Shown here in pieces: positions 1 to 11,409 of a stretch of DNA of 40,955 nt (position 1 is the first letter of the stretch; the number at the start of each line of letters is the position of its first letter). Made by a program: the position numbers and the translations under genes. The notes below the pieces were generated by a model. That model saw only the letters and a list, made by a program, of their open reading frames with translations. It had not been told where the DNA came from and did no database searches. Source of the stretch: Candidatus Pelagibacter sp. (lineage in GTDB: Bacteria; Pseudomonadota; Alphaproteobacteria; Pelagibacterales; Pelagibacteraceae); assembly GCA_045567135.1 (NCBI GenBank), contig JBJLDM010000020.1:1-40955 (forward strand), read 5' to 3'.

Positions 1-172
1 ACGGCGCACACTAGCTTCTATATAAATTCTAAGAATAAAATTTATATAATGTTGAAGTGTGTACGACAAATTTTGGTAACCTTAACCGTCCACACTTCTC
101 TTCTTAAATTTTTACTTTTTACATAGCTAATTAGGCTGTAAAGCCTAATAATTCACAATTATTATTGAGAAA
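1..172 (-). other. Probable 5' leader (external transcribed spacer) of an rRNA operon; the 16S gene would lie beyond the left window edge
   Basis: Non-coding and structured. The minus strand reads AAGAAGAGAAGTGTGGACGG (85-104), resembling the conserved alphaproteobacterial rrn leader box. Stem-loops at about 1-65 and 130-149. Lies downstream of an rrn-type promoter. No mature rRNA sequence is in the window. Confidence 0.6.
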
Positions 173-180
173 GTGTGACG

Positions 181-208
181 CTTATAGTCTAAATTAAAAG
201 TAAATCAA
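181..208 (-). promoter_or_regulatory. Sigma70 promoter of rRNA type (TTGATT-16 bp-TATAAG) with upstream A/T tracts (UP-element-like, about 215-240)
   Basis: Minus strand cgcTTGATTtacttttaatttagacTATAAGcgtcac. A 16-bp spacer and a non-T at the last -10 position are typical of alphaproteobacterial rrn promoters. Confidence 0.65.
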
Positions 209-301
209 GCGGTTAAGAACAAAAAAACAGTTAAAAAAGGCAATAAAATTAAGGTTTTTTCTAATTTTCGAATTATAATAAATTATATTCATTATATTAA
301 T

Positions 302-1603
302 ATGAAAGTAAAATTTATTTTATCAAAAATAAAAATTCAAAAAAACCTAGAGTTACTCTTCGTTTTATTGCTCATTTTAATATCGATTGCCATAACTAAT
401 ATATATAATTCCTCAAGAGAGGTTTCAAAAAAAGAATATATTAATTTAATAAATAATCTTTATTTTCAAAAAACAGTAAATAGTATCTTTGAAAATTTTG
501 AGTCAAGATTTTTAAATATTAATCATAAAGTAGCTAAAAATCAAACTTTAAGCAATATTTTAAAAACTTACAAAGTTCCTAATAACGAAATAAATTTGAT
601 TTTGAAGGGTTTCAATAAAAAAGATAAAATAAAAAATTTAAAAGTTAATAATATAGTCAAAATCAGTATAGATAAATATGAAAATAAAGTTTTAAACATA
701 ATACTACCTATAAGTAGATCAAAAAAAATTGAACTAATTAGAAATTTTGAAAAAAACTTTTTCATACGAAAAGAAATTATAACGAATTTAAAAAAAAAAT
801 TAGTATTTAAAGAAGCAAAAATTACTCAAAGTCTTTATAGGTCTGCGGTAAATGAAGGCATACAGCCAAACATTATTGTTGAATTTGCAAGAATTTATGG
901 TTTTCAAATTGATTTTCAAAGAGATATTAGACGTAATGACACTTTTCAAATCATTTATGAAACTTACGAAGATGAAAATAATAAAATTTTCAAAACTGGA
1001 AATATTATATACGCAGATTTAAATTTAAGTAATGAAAGTAATGCTTTTTATTATTTTAATGAAAAAGATAATAAAGGCCACTATGATATAAATGGAAAAA
1101 GTGTTAAAAAAGCTTTAATGAAAACTCCAATTAATGGAGCAAGATTATCATCTAAATTCGGAATGAGAAAACATCCAATTGATGGATATAATAAAATGCA
1201 TAGAGGTACAGATTTTGCTGCGCCAATGGGAACACCAATTATGGCTTCAGGTGATGGAGTTATATTAAAAGCAGCATGGTGTGGCGGTGGAGGAAATTGT
1301 GTAAAAATTAAACATAATTCTTCTTACTCTACTGTATATGCTCACATGTCCAAGTTGGCTAATGGAGTAAAAAAAGGTAAGCGCGTTAAGCAAGGTCAAA
1401 TTATTGGTTATGTCGGCTCTACAGGAAAATCAACTGGGCCTCATTTACATTACGAAGTTATTCATAATGGGAAAAAAATTAATTCCCAAACTTTAAAACT
1501 TCCTTCTGGAAAAATTTTAAAAGGTAAGTTTAGAAAAATTTTTGAAGTAAAAAGAATAAAAGTTGATGTATTAAAATCTGAAATTATTGCTTCTTTAAAT
1601 TAA
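302..1603 (+). CDS. M23 family peptidoglycan DD-metalloendopeptidase, N-terminal membrane anchor
   Basis: HRGTDF (HxxxD) and GPHLHYE (HxH) zinc motifs; hydrophobic N-terminal helix. Confidence 0.93.
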   Translation: MKVKFILSKIKIQKNLELLFVLLLILISIAITNIYNSSREVSKKEYINLINNLYFQKTVNSIFENFESRFLNINHKVAKNQTLSNILKTYKVPNNEINLILKGFNKKDKIKNLKVNNIVKISIDKYENKVLNIILPISRSKKIELIRNFEKNFFIRKEIITNLKKKLVFKEAKITQSLYRSAVNEGIQPNIIVEFARIYGFQIDFQRDIRRNDTFQIIYETYEDENNKIFKTGNIIYADLNLSNESNAFYYFNEKDNKGHYDINGKSVKKALMKTPINGARLSSKFGMRKHPIDGYNKMHRGTDFAAPMGTPIMASGDGVILKAAWCGGGGNCVKIKHNSSYSTVYAHMSKLANGVKKGKRVKQGQIIGYVGSTGKSTGPHLHYEVIHNGKKINSQTLKLPSGKILKGKFRKIFEVKRIKVDVLKSEIIASLN

Positions 1604-1968
1604 TTTGATATAGCTATTTTTTCTTTAGATGCCTGATCTTCAACTTTATTATTTTCTTCATTAGTAGTTTTATTTGTATCATTTTGTAATATTCGATTTT
1701 TTTCTTTCTCACTCTGAATTCTTATAAAATGGTCTGCATGCTGGAAATAATTTTCTGATAATATTTTATCGCCATTTGATAAAGCTTCTCTTGCAAGATC
1801 AGTATATTTTTCAATTAGCTTAGATGCATTTTGATTGTTTCTACCTGGTGATTTTCTTTGAAAATTTACATTATTTGAAAAAGATTGATTTTCTCCATTT
1901 CTTTTAAAATTTCTTTCACCACTATTTCTATATCTAGAACGTTTATGGTTATTTCTAAAAGGTCTCAT
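1600..1968 (-). CDS. DUF4167 domain protein
   Basis: EKYTDLAREALSNGDKILSENYFQHADHF signature; usual position downstream of prmC in alphaproteobacteria. Confidence 0.88.
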   Translation of the reverse strand: MRPFRNNHKRSRYRNSGERNFKRNGENQSFSNNVNFQRKSPGRNNQNASKLIEKYTDLAREALSNGDKILSENYFQHADHFIRIQSEKEKNRILQNDTNKTTNEENNKVEDQASKEKIAISN

Positions 1969-1983
1969 ATAAATATTTAAATT

Positions 1984-2829
1984 TTATAACTTTGTACATA
2001 TTATACATCTATCTCTATTTCCATAATCTTTGATAATTTTATTTACAAAATATTTTTCTTTTTTAAGTAACTCACATACTTTTAATTTTTGATCAAAACC
2101 AATCTCCAATATCATTTTTCCACCTATTTTAAGTAGTCTTGATGATTTTTTTATAACTTTTTCTAGTATCGTGAAACCGTCAATCCCACCTTCTAATGCT
2201 AGATTTGGTTCAAAACCTATTACATCTCTTTCCAAATATTTTAAATAAAATTTATTAATATAAGGAGGGTTAGATATAATCAAATCATATTTACCTTTAA
2301 AAAAATTGTCAATAGATGATTTGTAAAATTTAATTCTATTTTCTAATTGATGTATTTTTGCATTGTATTTTGCAACATTTAAGGCATTTCTGCATACATC
2401 TATGGCTGTTCCTTTAAAATTTTTTCTATCTTTTAATATTGATACTATAATACAGCCCGATCCAGTCCCAATATCTAAAACTGATAATTTTTGATTTTTA
2501 TTATAATCATTAAGTATTTCTTCAACTAAAATTTCTGTATCTGGTCTAGGAATTAATACATTACTATCTACATAAAACGTACTTTTCCAAAAATCTTTTT
2601 TTTTTAAAATATATGCAATTGGTTCACATTTTTTTCTTCTTTCTACCAATTGATTAAAAATCTTTATTTTATCGTCATCGATTTTATCTGACAAATTAAG
2701 TATTAAATGATCTCTATTCTTTTTTAAAACGCTACACATTAAAATTTCACTATCAATATTAGCTGATTTAATTGAGTTATTTATTAAGTATTTTCTTGCC
2801 TTTAGCAAAACTGAATTAATATTTTCCAT
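1984..2829 (-). CDS. prmC: Release factor glutamine methyltransferase (HemK)
   Basis: LIPRPDTE, LDIGTGSG and SNPPY motifs; follows prfA. Confidence 0.96.
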   Translation of the reverse strand: MENINSVLLKARKYLINNSIKSANIDSEILMCSVLKKNRDHLILNLSDKIDDDKIKIFNQLVERRKKCEPIAYILKKKDFWKSTFYVDSNVLIPRPDTEILVEEILNDYNKNQKLSVLDIGTGSGCIIVSILKDRKNFKGTAIDVCRNALNVAKYNAKIHQLENRIKFYKSSIDNFFKGKYDLIISNPPYINKFYLKYLERDVIGFEPNLALEGGIDGFTILEKVIKKSSRLLKIGGKMILEIGFDQKLKVCELLKKEKYFVNKIIKDYGNRDRCIICTKL

Positions 2830-2830
2830 A

Positions 2831-3904
2831 TCAACTTAAATTAATTAATTTTTCCTCTTGTGCTTGTAAATTTAAACTTTCAACCATTTCATCAAAAATT
2901 TCACCTTGCATAAATTCTTCTAACTTATGTAATGTCATATTAATCCTATGATCTGTTATTCTTCCTTGTGGAAAATTATAAGTTCTTATCCTTTCTGATC
3001 TATCACCTGTTCCAATTTTACTTTTTCTATCTTTTGACCTTTGTTCTTCTTTTTTTTGTCTTTCTAATTCATAAATTCTGGATCTTAATATTTTTAAACC
3101 CTTTTCTTTGTTTCTTATTTGTGATTTTTCATCTTGTTGGCTAACTACTATGCCTGTTGGAATATGAGTTATTCTCACCGCTGAGTCTGTTGTGTTAACA
3201 CTTTGACCTCCAGGTCCACTACTTCTAAATACATCGATTCTTAAATCTTTATCTTCTATTTTCACGTCAACTTCTTCTGCTTCTGGCAAAACTGCTACTG
3301 TTGCTGCAGATGTATGAACTCTTCCTTGTGTCTCAGTATCTGGTACTCTCTGAACTCTGTGAACTCCACTTTCATACTTTAATGTTGAATAAATATTTAT
3401 ACCTTTAATTGAAGCAATTACCTCTTTAAGACCACCTGCATCACTCTTGGAAATACTAATAATTTCAAGTATCCATTTTTTTTTATGACATATTTTTTCA
3501 TACATTTTGAATAAGTCAGAAGCAAATAAACTTGCCTCAAGTCCTCCAGTGCCTGCTCTAATTTCTATTATAGCATTTTTTTTATCAGCTTCATCCTTTG
3601 GTAATAAAAATAATCTTATTTTTTTTTCATTTATTTCTTTATCTTTTGATAATTTTTTTAATTCTAATTCTGCTAATTCTTTCATTTCACTATCACTATT
3701 TTTATCACTAATAATTTTTTCAAGTTCATTTTTTTCATTTTCATAATTGCTATAAGATTTTGCTTCTTTAACTATATTATTAAGATCTGAATACTCTTTA
3801 GATTTTTCAGCAAATTTTTTTTTATCAATTTTGCCCGATGATAGCTCTGCTTCAAGTGATACATGTCTAGAAATCAAGTCTTTTACTTTATTAAGTGGAA
3901 TCAT
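2831..3904 (-). CDS. prfA: Peptide chain release factor 1
   Basis: GGQ motif, PDT (PxT) tripeptide, [11 protein letters not shown]. Confidence 0.98.
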   Translation of the reverse strand: MIPLNKVKDLISRHVSLEAELSSGKIDKKKFAEKSKEYSDLNNIVKEAKSYSNYENEKNELEKIISDKNSDSEMKELAELELKKLSKDKEINEKKIRLFLLPKDEADKKNAIIEIRAGTGGLEASLFASDLFKMYEKICHKKKWILEIISISKSDAGGLKEVIASIKGINIYSTLKYESGVHRVQRVPDTETQGRVHTSAATVAVLPEAEEVDVKIEDKDLRIDVFRSSGPGGQSVNTTDSAVRITHIPTGIVVSQQDEKSQIRNKEKGLKILRSRIYELERQKKEEQRSKDRKSKIGTGDRSERIRTYNFPQGRITDHRINMTLHKLEEFMQGEIFDEMVESLNLQAQEEKLINLS

Positions 3905-5004
3905 TATTTTTTATTTTCAATTTCTTTAGCCTTTTTTTCAACTATGTTAACTACTTTAGAAATAATTTCTGAATTACCTAATTTTTCTTTTTGTATTCCT
4001 TTTAGATAAAGCATATTGCTACCCTTTCCTCCCCCAGTAATACCTATATCTGTAAGTGCAGCTTCACCTGGTCCATTAACTACACAGCCTATAATTGATA
4101 AAGTAATCGGTGTTTTTATATGAGAAAGTTTTTCCTCTAAAGCCTTAACTGTATCTATAACTTGAAATGCTTGTCTAGCGCATGAAGGACAGGAAATAAT
4201 TTTTACTCCTCTATTTCTCAAATTTAAAGATTTTAATATTTCATTTCCCACTTTTATTTCCTCAACTGGGTCGTCAGATAAAGAAACTCTAATTGTGTCA
4301 CCAATTCCATTCATTAACAGGCTACCTAGTCCTATTGATGACTTAATGCTTCCAGGTAAAAAAGAGCCAGCTTCAGTTATGCCCAAATGAAGTGGATAAT
4401 CTGTAATTTTTGAAAGTTGTTCATAAGCTTTAATGGATAAAAATACATCTGAAGATTTAACACTTACTTTAAAATTAAAAAAATCTAAATCTTCTATAAT
4501 TGCTATATTTCTAACAGCGCTTTCAACTAAGGCTTCAGGGCAGGGTTCTTTGTATTTTTCTAAAATATCTTTTTCGAGAGATCCCGCATTAACTCCCACT
4601 CTAATAGAGCAATTATTATTTTTTGCTGCCAAAATAACTTCTTTTATTTTTTTTATATCACCTATGTTTCCTGGATTAATTCTAAGACAATCCGCACCAT
4701 TTTCTGCTGCTTCTATTGCTCTCTTATAATGAAAGTGTATATCAGCAACAATAGGTACAGTTGAATGTTTTGTAATTTCTTTAAGGGCTTTCGTAGAATC
4801 TTCATCTGGACATGACACTCTTACTATATCACCTCCTACTTCTGAAATCTTGTTTATTTGACTTAACGTTTCTTTTACATTCTTAGTTAAAGTGTTAGTC
4901 ATAGATTGAACTGTTATAGGATTATTACCTCCAATCTTTACGTTTCCAACTTTTATAACTTTTGTTTTTCTTCTAAAAATATCTCTAAAAGGTCTTAAGC
5001 TCAT
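3904..5004 (-). CDS. ispG: (E)-4-hydroxy-3-methylbut-2-enyl-diphosphate synthase
   Basis: VQSMTNT, ADIHF, RINPGN, SCPSCAR and GCVVNGPGE motifs. Confidence 0.98.
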   Translation of the reverse strand: MSLRPFRDIFRRKTKVIKVGNVKIGGNNPITVQSMTNTLTKNVKETLSQINKISEVGGDIVRVSCPDEDSTKALKEITKHSTVPIVADIHFHYKRAIEAAENGADCLRINPGNIGDIKKIKEVILAAKNNNCSIRVGVNAGSLEKDILEKYKEPCPEALVESAVRNIAIIEDLDFFNFKVSVKSSDVFLSIKAYEQLSKITDYPLHLGITEAGSFLPGSIKSSIGLGSLLMNGIGDTIRVSLSDDPVEEIKVGNEILKSLNLRNRGVKIISCPSCARQAFQVIDTVKALEEKLSHIKTPITLSIIGCVVNGPGEAALTDIGITGGGKGSNMLYLKGIQKEKLGNSEIISKVVNIVEKKAKEIENKK

Positions 5005-5006
5005 TT

Positions 5007-6221
5007 TTAATTATTTAATTTAAATTCTTTATGCAAAATAGCTACGGCTTTTTGTGTATATTTTTTATTTATTAATACGGATATTTTTATCTCTGATGTA
5101 GAAATAACTTGAATATTAATTTTTTTTTTGGCCAAAGCTTGAAACATTCTGTATGTTACTCCAGGAGTTGTAATCATTCCAACTCCTATTATTGAAATTT
5201 TTGATAAATTTTTATTTATTAATAGGTCTCTAAACTTAATTTTTTCATTATTTTTAAGTAGTTTTTCAGTTTTTTTTATATCTTCTGATTTAATTGTAAA
5301 AGTTAAATCTGTTTCTTTCCCATTTGCAGATATATTTTGAACAACCATATCAACATTTATAGAATTTTCTGATATTGGTTTAAATATTGAAGCAGCAACT
5401 CCTGGTTTATCCTTTACACCAACCAAAGAAACTTTTGCATCATTTTTGGTAAACGAAATGCCTGTAATAATTTTGTTTCTAAAAATATTTTTTCTTTTAG
5501 TAATTAAAGTACCAGTTTTATTTTTAAAAGATGACTTAACACCTATGTCAATTCTATTTAATCTTGCGTCTTGTATAGATATTGGTTGCATTACCTTTGC
5601 TCCTAGTGATGCCATTTCTAACATTTCTTCATAAGATATAACTTTTATTTTTTTTGAATCTTTAATCATCCTAGGGTCTGTCGTATAAATACCTTCTACA
5701 TCTGTATAAATTATACATTTTTCTGCTTTAAAAAATTTTGCAATCATAATTGCGCTTGCATCTGATCCACCTCTTCCTAAAGTTGTTATTCTTCTATCTG
5801 GACTAATACCTTGAAAACCAGCAATTACTGGTATGCCTCCATTTTTAAGAAAATTAATAATTCTTTTTTTATAGATTTTTATTATTCTAGATGAGCCATG
5901 ATTTCCTTCAGTCAAAATAGGAACTTGCCACCCCATCCATGATTGTGATTTGTAACCAATATGGTTTAGTCTTCCAGAAATTAGTGCACAAGACATTTGT
6001 TCACCTGATGACACCAAAGCATCATACTCTGATAAATTAAAATTATTACTTATTTTTTTTGATTTTTTTATTAAATCGTTAGTAACTCCACTCATAGCTG
6101 AAGAAACCACAATTACTTTATACCTTTTTTTTATGTAACTAGTTATAATATTAGCTACTTTCTTTATTCGTTCCACCGTACCTACCGAGGTACCACCAAA
6201 CTTTAATACAACAATTTTCAT
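5007..6221 (-). CDS. lysC: Aspartate kinase
   Basis: [16 protein letters not shown], two ACT domains ending STSEIKIS. Confidence 0.97.
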   Translation of the reverse strand: MKIVVLKFGGTSVGTVERIKKVANIITSYIKKRYKVIVVSSAMSGVTNDLIKKSKKISNNFNLSEYDALVSSGEQMSCALISGRLNHIGYKSQSWMGWQVPILTEGNHGSSRIIKIYKKRIINFLKNGGIPVIAGFQGISPDRRITTLGRGGSDASAIMIAKFFKAEKCIIYTDVEGIYTTDPRMIKDSKKIKVISYEEMLEMASLGAKVMQPISIQDARLNRIDIGVKSSFKNKTGTLITKRKNIFRNKIITGISFTKNDAKVSLVGVKDKPGVAASIFKPISENSINVDMVVQNISANGKETDLTFTIKSEDIKKTEKLLKNNEKIKFRDLLINKNLSKISIIGVGMITTPGVTYRMFQALAKKKINIQVISTSEIKISVLINKKYTQKAVAILHKEFKLNN

Positions 6222-6289
6222 TGGTAATATTTTTATACAAATTTAAAATATATTGATAAAATACATCTTGATTATAATGTCAATAAAGA

Positions 6290-7018
6290 ATGAAAAGTAG
6301 CACAATAAATAAAAAAGAAATAGAGAAATTTTCTAAAATGGCATCTGAGTGGTGGAATCCACTAGGTAAATTTAAACCATTACATAAATTTAACCCCATA
6401 AGAATAAAGTATATTAAAGATAGTGCAGCTAAACATTTTAAAATAAATTCAAATAATCAACCCCTAAAAAATCTTAATATTTTAGATATTGGTTGTGGTG
6501 GAGGATTATTATCCGAGCCTATGAATAAATTAGGAGCGTCCGTAACTGGAATTGATGCTTCAAAAACAAATATTAATATCGCAAAAATTCACTCAAAAAA
6601 AAATAAATTAAAAATAAATTATATTTGTGCATCACCTGAAAACTTAAAAATAAATCAAAAATTTGACATCATATTAAATATGGAAATTGTTGAACATGTA
6701 GAAGATGTAAATTATTTTATTAATAAAAGTTCTCAATTTTTAAAAAAAAATGGTTTAATGTATGTTGCAACCCTTAATAAAACCTTAAAGTCTTATCTCT
6801 TTGCAATTATTGGTGCAGAATATATTTTAAGATGGCTACCAATAGGAACTCACGAATGGGATAAATTTATTGAACCTGCAAAATTAATTCAATATGGAAA
6901 ACAAAATTCTTTAAAATTGGAAAAATTAGATGGGATGGTCTTTAATCCTATAATGGATAAGTGGAGTATTAGCAAAGATAATTCCATTAACTATATAATT
7001 CAATTTAAAAAAATTTAA
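6290..7018 (+). CDS. ubiG: Ubiquinone biosynthesis O-methyltransferase
   Basis: WWNPLGKFKPLHKFNPIR, LDIGCGGG, MEIVEHV, LPIGTH. Confidence 0.96.
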   Translation: MKSSTINKKEIEKFSKMASEWWNPLGKFKPLHKFNPIRIKYIKDSAAKHFKINSNNQPLKNLNILDIGCGGGLLSEPMNKLGASVTGIDASKTNINIAKIHSKKNKLKINYICASPENLKINQKFDIILNMEIVEHVEDVNYFINKSSQFLKKNGLMYVATLNKTLKSYLFAIIGAEYILRWLPIGTHEWDKFIEPAKLIQYGKQNSLKLEKLDGMVFNPIMDKWSISKDNSINYIIQFKKI

Positions 7019-7446
7019 TTATCTTTGTCTTTAATCCATGGAATAGTTTGGGTTTCTATCCCTTCTTCGTTTAAACTTTTAACCTCGTCATTTGTAGCTT
7101 TTCCATAAATTGCTTTAGATTTTTTTTTTGTATTATAATGTATAGATCGAGCTTCATACGCAAAGTTCTCACCGACATACTCAAAATTTTTTTTAATAAA
7201 TTTTTGATATTCTCTAATCTTGTTTTTAAATTTTATTATTTTTTTTTGATTTAAATCATCGTTTACCTTTTTCATTGAACTGTTTAAAACCATAGGAGAC
7301 ATGAGTGTTTTTTTAACTTTTAAAGAATTACATCTAGTACAGTTAATTAGATTTAATTTTTTTAGTTTGTCAAATTCCTTCGATGAAGAAAACCAACTAT
7401 CAAATTTTAAATCACAATCTTTACAGTTTAATTTATACTTAATCAT
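7015..7446 (-). CDS. DUF1178 family protein (N-terminal zinc ribbon)
   Basis: MIKYKLNC..FDSWF..CxxC..YVGENFAYEARSIHY..IYG pattern. Confidence 0.9.
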   Translation of the reverse strand: MIKYKLNCKDCDLKFDSWFSSSKEFDKLKKLNLINCTRCNSLKVKKTLMSPMVLNSSMKKVNDDLNQKKIIKFKNKIREYQKFIKKNFEYVGENFAYEARSIHYNTKKKSKAIYGKATNDEVKSLNEEGIETQTIPWIKDKDN

Positions 7447-7484
7447 ATTATTTAATTAAAAACTTTTCTTTATTTTATAATAAC

Positions 7485-8786
7485 TTAACTTCTGTAATCT
7501 GCGTTAATTTCAATATATTTTTTTGTTAAATCCATTGTGTAGACGGTGAAGAATTTTTTTCCTATTTTTAAATCAATATTTAAATCAATTTTATGATCCT
7601 TCATTAAATTTTTAACTTCATTTTCATCATAACTATTTGACAGTTCTCCTTTTTCAATAATTTTATATGAACCTATATTTATATTTATTTTATTTAGATT
7701 GATTTGTACTTTTGACTTACCAATTGCAGCTATAATTCTTCCATAATTAGGATCTTCTCCTGCAAAAGCAGTTTTTACAAGAGGAGAGTTAGCAATTGAA
7801 AAAGCAATTTTTTTTGCATCATTTTCATTTTTAGCACCATTGATATTGATGGTAATAAATTTTGACGATCCTTCCCCGTCAGCTGTAACTCTTTTAGCTA
7901 AATTTAATAAAACCGAATGAAATTTTTTTTCAAATTCTTTTACTCTTTGATCGTTTATATTATTTATTACTGAATTATTTGCCTCTCCCGTTGCAAAAAT
8001 TGCAACCATGTCATTGGTACTAGTATCCCCATCACAACTTATTGCGTTAAAGGTAGTATCAATATTTCTTTTTAATAACTTTTTTAAAACTTTTGATGAA
8101 ATTTTAGCATCTGTAAATACATAACCTAAAGTAGTTGCCATGTTTGGATAAACCATTCCTGAACCTTTTGCGATACCATAAATCTTTATAGATGTATTTC
8201 CTATTTTACATTCTTCCATGGCTAATTTTGGAACAAGATCAGTTGTCATCATTCCAGAAGCAGCTTTTGCCCAGATATATTTATTTTGATTATATTTTAT
8301 TTTTTCTATTAAGCTTGGTATGCTATTTTTAATTTTAGAAGTAGGAAATGTCTCTCCAATTGTTCCTGTACAACCAAAAAGTATTTCTTTTGGTTTAATT
8401 TTTTCATTTTTTTCATCATCAATTTTTTTTTTTAAAGTAAGTTCCAAAGAAAGTTCGTTAGCTATTTCTTCCAATCCTTGGTATCCTTTTTTTCCTGTAA
8501 AAGCATTTGCATTTCTTGTATTAATTAATAAGGCTTTAATTTTTTTATTATTTATAGTTTGATTCCATTTTATATTTTCAGATACAATTGAAGACTGAGT
8601 ATATACAGCTGAAAAATTTGCTCCATTTCTAAAATAAAATAAAACAAGATCATCTCTGGGTGGGTTATAAAGTTTAGCACTAATTACTGATAATGCTACA
8701 CCATCAATATGTTCAAGATCTTGAAAGTCACCCATTTTCGAGTTCTTATTTTTTGCTCCAAAAAAATCATTAAAATTTAATACCAT
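7485..8786 (-). CDS. argJ: Glutamate N-acetyltransferase / ornithine acetyltransferase
   Basis: NANAFTG, MMTTD, AKGSGMVYPNMAT, DGDTSTND, DGEG, INADYRS. Confidence 0.96.
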   Translation of the reverse strand: MVLNFNDFFGAKNKNSKMGDFQDLEHIDGVALSVISAKLYNPPRDDLVLFYFRNGANFSAVYTQSSIVSENIKWNQTINNKKIKALLINTRNANAFTGKKGYQGLEEIANELSLELTLKKKIDDEKNEKIKPKEILFGCTGTIGETFPTSKIKNSIPSLIEKIKYNQNKYIWAKAASGMMTTDLVPKLAMEECKIGNTSIKIYGIAKGSGMVYPNMATTLGYVFTDAKISSKVLKKLLKRNIDTTFNAISCDGDTSTNDMVAIFATGEANNSVINNINDQRVKEFEKKFHSVLLNLAKRVTADGEGSSKFITININGAKNENDAKKIAFSIANSPLVKTAFAGEDPNYGRIIAAIGKSKVQINLNKININIGSYKIIEKGELSNSYDENEVKNLMKDHKIDLNIDLKIGKKFFTVYTMDLTKKYIEINADYRS

Positions 8787-8859
8787 GCTATTTAAATAAA
8801 ATATTTTATTCCTATATTATTAGATATAGTTAACATATATACCAAAAATAAAAAATTAA

Positions 8860-11409
8860 ATGCTAAATCCTTTAAATATTTTATCAAAGTTTATAAAGTC
8901 TGGAAATCAAAAAGAGTTAGATAAACTTCAAAATATTGTTAACAAAATTAACAAATTGGAAGAAAGCATATCTAAATTAAATGATAATGAATTTCCTGAA
9001 AAAACTCAGAGTTTAAAAAATAGATTACAAAATGGAGAAAACGTAGACAATATTTTACCTGAGGCATTTGCATTGGTAAGAGAAGCATCTAAGCGAACAA
9101 GAGGAGAAAGACATTTTGATGTACAAATTATGGGTGGAATAGTTTTGCATAAAGGAAGCATAGCTGAGATGAAAACTGGAGAAGGAAAAACTCTTACAAT
9201 TGTTCTTGCTGCATATTTAAATGCACTTCGTGGTGAAGGAGTTCATGTAGTAACAGTGAACGATTATCTTGCTAAAAGAGATTGTTCCGATATGGGAATG
9301 ATTTATAATTTTTTAGGTTTATCCTCTGGATATATTAATAACGATCAAAATGATGAAGAAAGAAAGAAAAATTATTTATGTGATATTACCTACGCAACAA
9401 ATAGTGAGCTTGGTTTTGATTATCTAAGAGATAATATGAAATTTTCATCAGATGAATTGGTACAAAGAAAGCACAATTTTGCTATTGTGGATGAAATAGA
9501 TTCTTGTTTAATTGATGAAGCAAGAACGCCACTTGTAATATCAGGTGCGGCTGAGGATAAAACAAACCAATATCTTGCAGTCGATAAACTTATAAAAAAT
9601 TTAAGTAAATCAGATTTTGAACTGGATGAAAAAGATAAAAATATATATTTGACGAATGATGGAATTTCAAATGTTGAAAAAATATTTTCAAGAGCAGGAG
9701 TTCTTAAAAATAATAATTTTTATGATCCTGAAAATTTATCACTAGTTCATCATGTCAATCAAGCCTTAAGGGCCAATCATTTATATGAAAAAGGTAGAGA
9801 TTATATTGTAACTAACGATGAGCTTAAAATTATTGATGAGCTTACAGGCCGGATATTGGAAGGTCGTAGATATGGTGATGGCCTCCATCAAGCATTAGAG
9901 GCTAAAGAAAGAATTGAGATTCAAGTTGAAAATCAAACTTTAGCATCAATTACTTATCAAAATTATTTTAAACTTTACGAAAAATTATCTGGATGTACAG
10001 GTACTGCAATTACAGAGGCTGAAGAATTTCATGAAATATACAATCTAACAGTAACAATTATCCCAACAAACAAAAAAATGATTAGAAAAGATTGGAATGA
10101 CCAAATTTTTAGAACAGAAAAAGAAAAAAATGATGCCATATTAAAAAAAATTATTGATTGTTATCAGTTTGGTCAACCCATACTTGTTTTTACATCTAGT
10201 ATTAATAAATCAGAACAGTATTCAAATATTCTAAGTAAAGCTAAAATTCCACATACAGTTTTAAATGCCAAAAACCACGAAAAAGAAGCAGAAATTATTG
10301 CTAATGCTGGAAAGCTAAATTCAATAATTATTACAACAAGTATTTCGGGTAGAGGTGTTGATATTCAGCTAGGAGGAAAAAAAGGTGTTATCAGTGAAAA
10401 TGAATTAAAAATTCAAAAAGAAAAAATTAAATCATTAGGTGGTCTTTTCGTTATTGGAACTGAAAGAATGGAATCTCGAAGAGTAGATAATCAAGCAAGA
10501 GGTAGATCTGGAAGACAAGGAGATGAAGGTAATTCAATTTTTTATGTAAGTTTAGAAGATGATTTAATGAGACTGTTTGGTTCAGAATCCATGAACAAAA
10601 TACTTGAAAAATTGGGATTAAAAGATGGAGAAAGTATTGATCATCCATGGATAAACAAAGCTTTAGAAAGAGCTCAACAAAAAGTTGAGGCAAGAAACTT
10701 TGATGTTAGAAAGACTTTATTGAAATTCGATAACGTTTTAAATGATCAAAGACATGTTATTTTTAGTCAAAGAAAAAATGTTATAAATTCAAATAAGATT
10801 TTTGAATATTCAGATAATTTTTTATCTGAAATTATTGAAAATTTAGTTAATAAAAAATCTAATTTTACTAGCGCTAGCAACACAAAAGATCTTGAAAATC
10901 AAATAAATTCATTAGTTGGAAAAAGTTTTAACAAAACTGAAGTTCAAGATTTGTTAAAAAAAAATAATGAAGAATTCAAAAAAATAATTGAAGAAAAATT
11001 TATAGAAAAAAGAAATCAAAGAATTAAAATAATTAGCGAAAAACAGGCAATGCATATTGAAAAAACAATATTTTTGCAATCAATTGATTTAAATTGGAAA
11101 TCGCACATTCAGTACCTTGAACAATTAAGGCAAGTCATTGGATTAAGATCTTATGGTCAAAGAGATCCATTAGTAGAATATAAAAGAGAAGCTTTTACTT
11201 TATTTGAAAATTTATTAGATAAATTAAAGTTGGATCTAATAACTATACTACTTAACTTAAGCATAGTCGAAAAATCAATTGAAAATAATAAAGAAGAGCA
11301 AAAAAATGTTAAAATTGATCCAAAATATGTCGGTAAAAAAATGAGTAGGAACGAACCATGTTTTTGTGGATCAAATAAAAAATACAAACATTGTTGTGGT
11401 AGATTTTAA
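8860..11409 (+). CDS. secA: Preprotein translocase ATPase SecA
   Basis: MKTGEGKT, VDEIDS, RGRSGRQGD, C-terminal SEC-C zinc motif. Confidence 0.99.
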   Translation: MLNPLNILSKFIKSGNQKELDKLQNIVNKINKLEESISKLNDNEFPEKTQSLKNRLQNGENVDNILPEAFALVREASKRTRGERHFDVQIMGGIVLHKGSIAEMKTGEGKTLTIVLAAYLNALRGEGVHVVTVNDYLAKRDCSDMGMIYNFLGLSSGYINNDQNDEERKKNYLCDITYATNSELGFDYLRDNMKFSSDELVQRKHNFAIVDEIDSCLIDEARTPLVISGAAEDKTNQYLAVDKLIKNLSKSDFELDEKDKNIYLTNDGISNVEKIFSRAGVLKNNNFYDPENLSLVHHVNQALRANHLYEKGRDYIVTNDELKIIDELTGRILEGRRYGDGLHQALEAKERIEIQVENQTLASITYQNYFKLYEKLSGCTGTAITEAEEFHEIYNLTVTIIPTNKKMIRKDWNDQIFRTEKEKNDAILKKIIDCYQFGQPILVFTSSINKSEQYSNILSKAKIPHTVLNAKNHEKEAEIIANAGKLNSIIITTSISGRGVDIQLGGKKGVISENELKIQKEKIKSLGGLFVIGTERMESRRVDNQARGRSGRQGDEGNSIFYVSLEDDLMRLFGSESMNKILEKLGLKDGESIDHPWINKALERAQQKVEARNFDVRKTLLKFDNVLNDQRHVIFSQRKNVINSNKIFEYSDNFLSEIIENLVNKKSNFTSASNTKDLENQINSLVGKSFNKTEVQDLLKKNNEEFKKIIEEKFIEKRNQRIKIISEKQAMHIEKTIFLQSIDLNWKSHIQYLEQLRQVIGLRSYGQRDPLVEYKREAFTLFENLLDKLKLDLITILLNLSIVEKSIENNKEEQKNVKIDPKYVGKKMSRNEPCFCGSNKKYKHCCGRF

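Noticed and set aside
1-172. 6S RNA or riboswitch
   Set aside because: No matching conserved elements; the rrn-leader box and rrn-type promoter explain the region better.
213-252. Three TTAA at 18-bp period as CtrA sites
   Set aside because: CtrA needs TTAA-N7-TTAA; the spacing here is N14 and TTAA is very frequent.
6268-6283. FNR/FixK-like site TTGAT-N6-GTCAA before ubiG
   Set aside because: The spacer is 6 rather than 4 and one half-site is imperfect; plausible by chance in AT-rich DNA.
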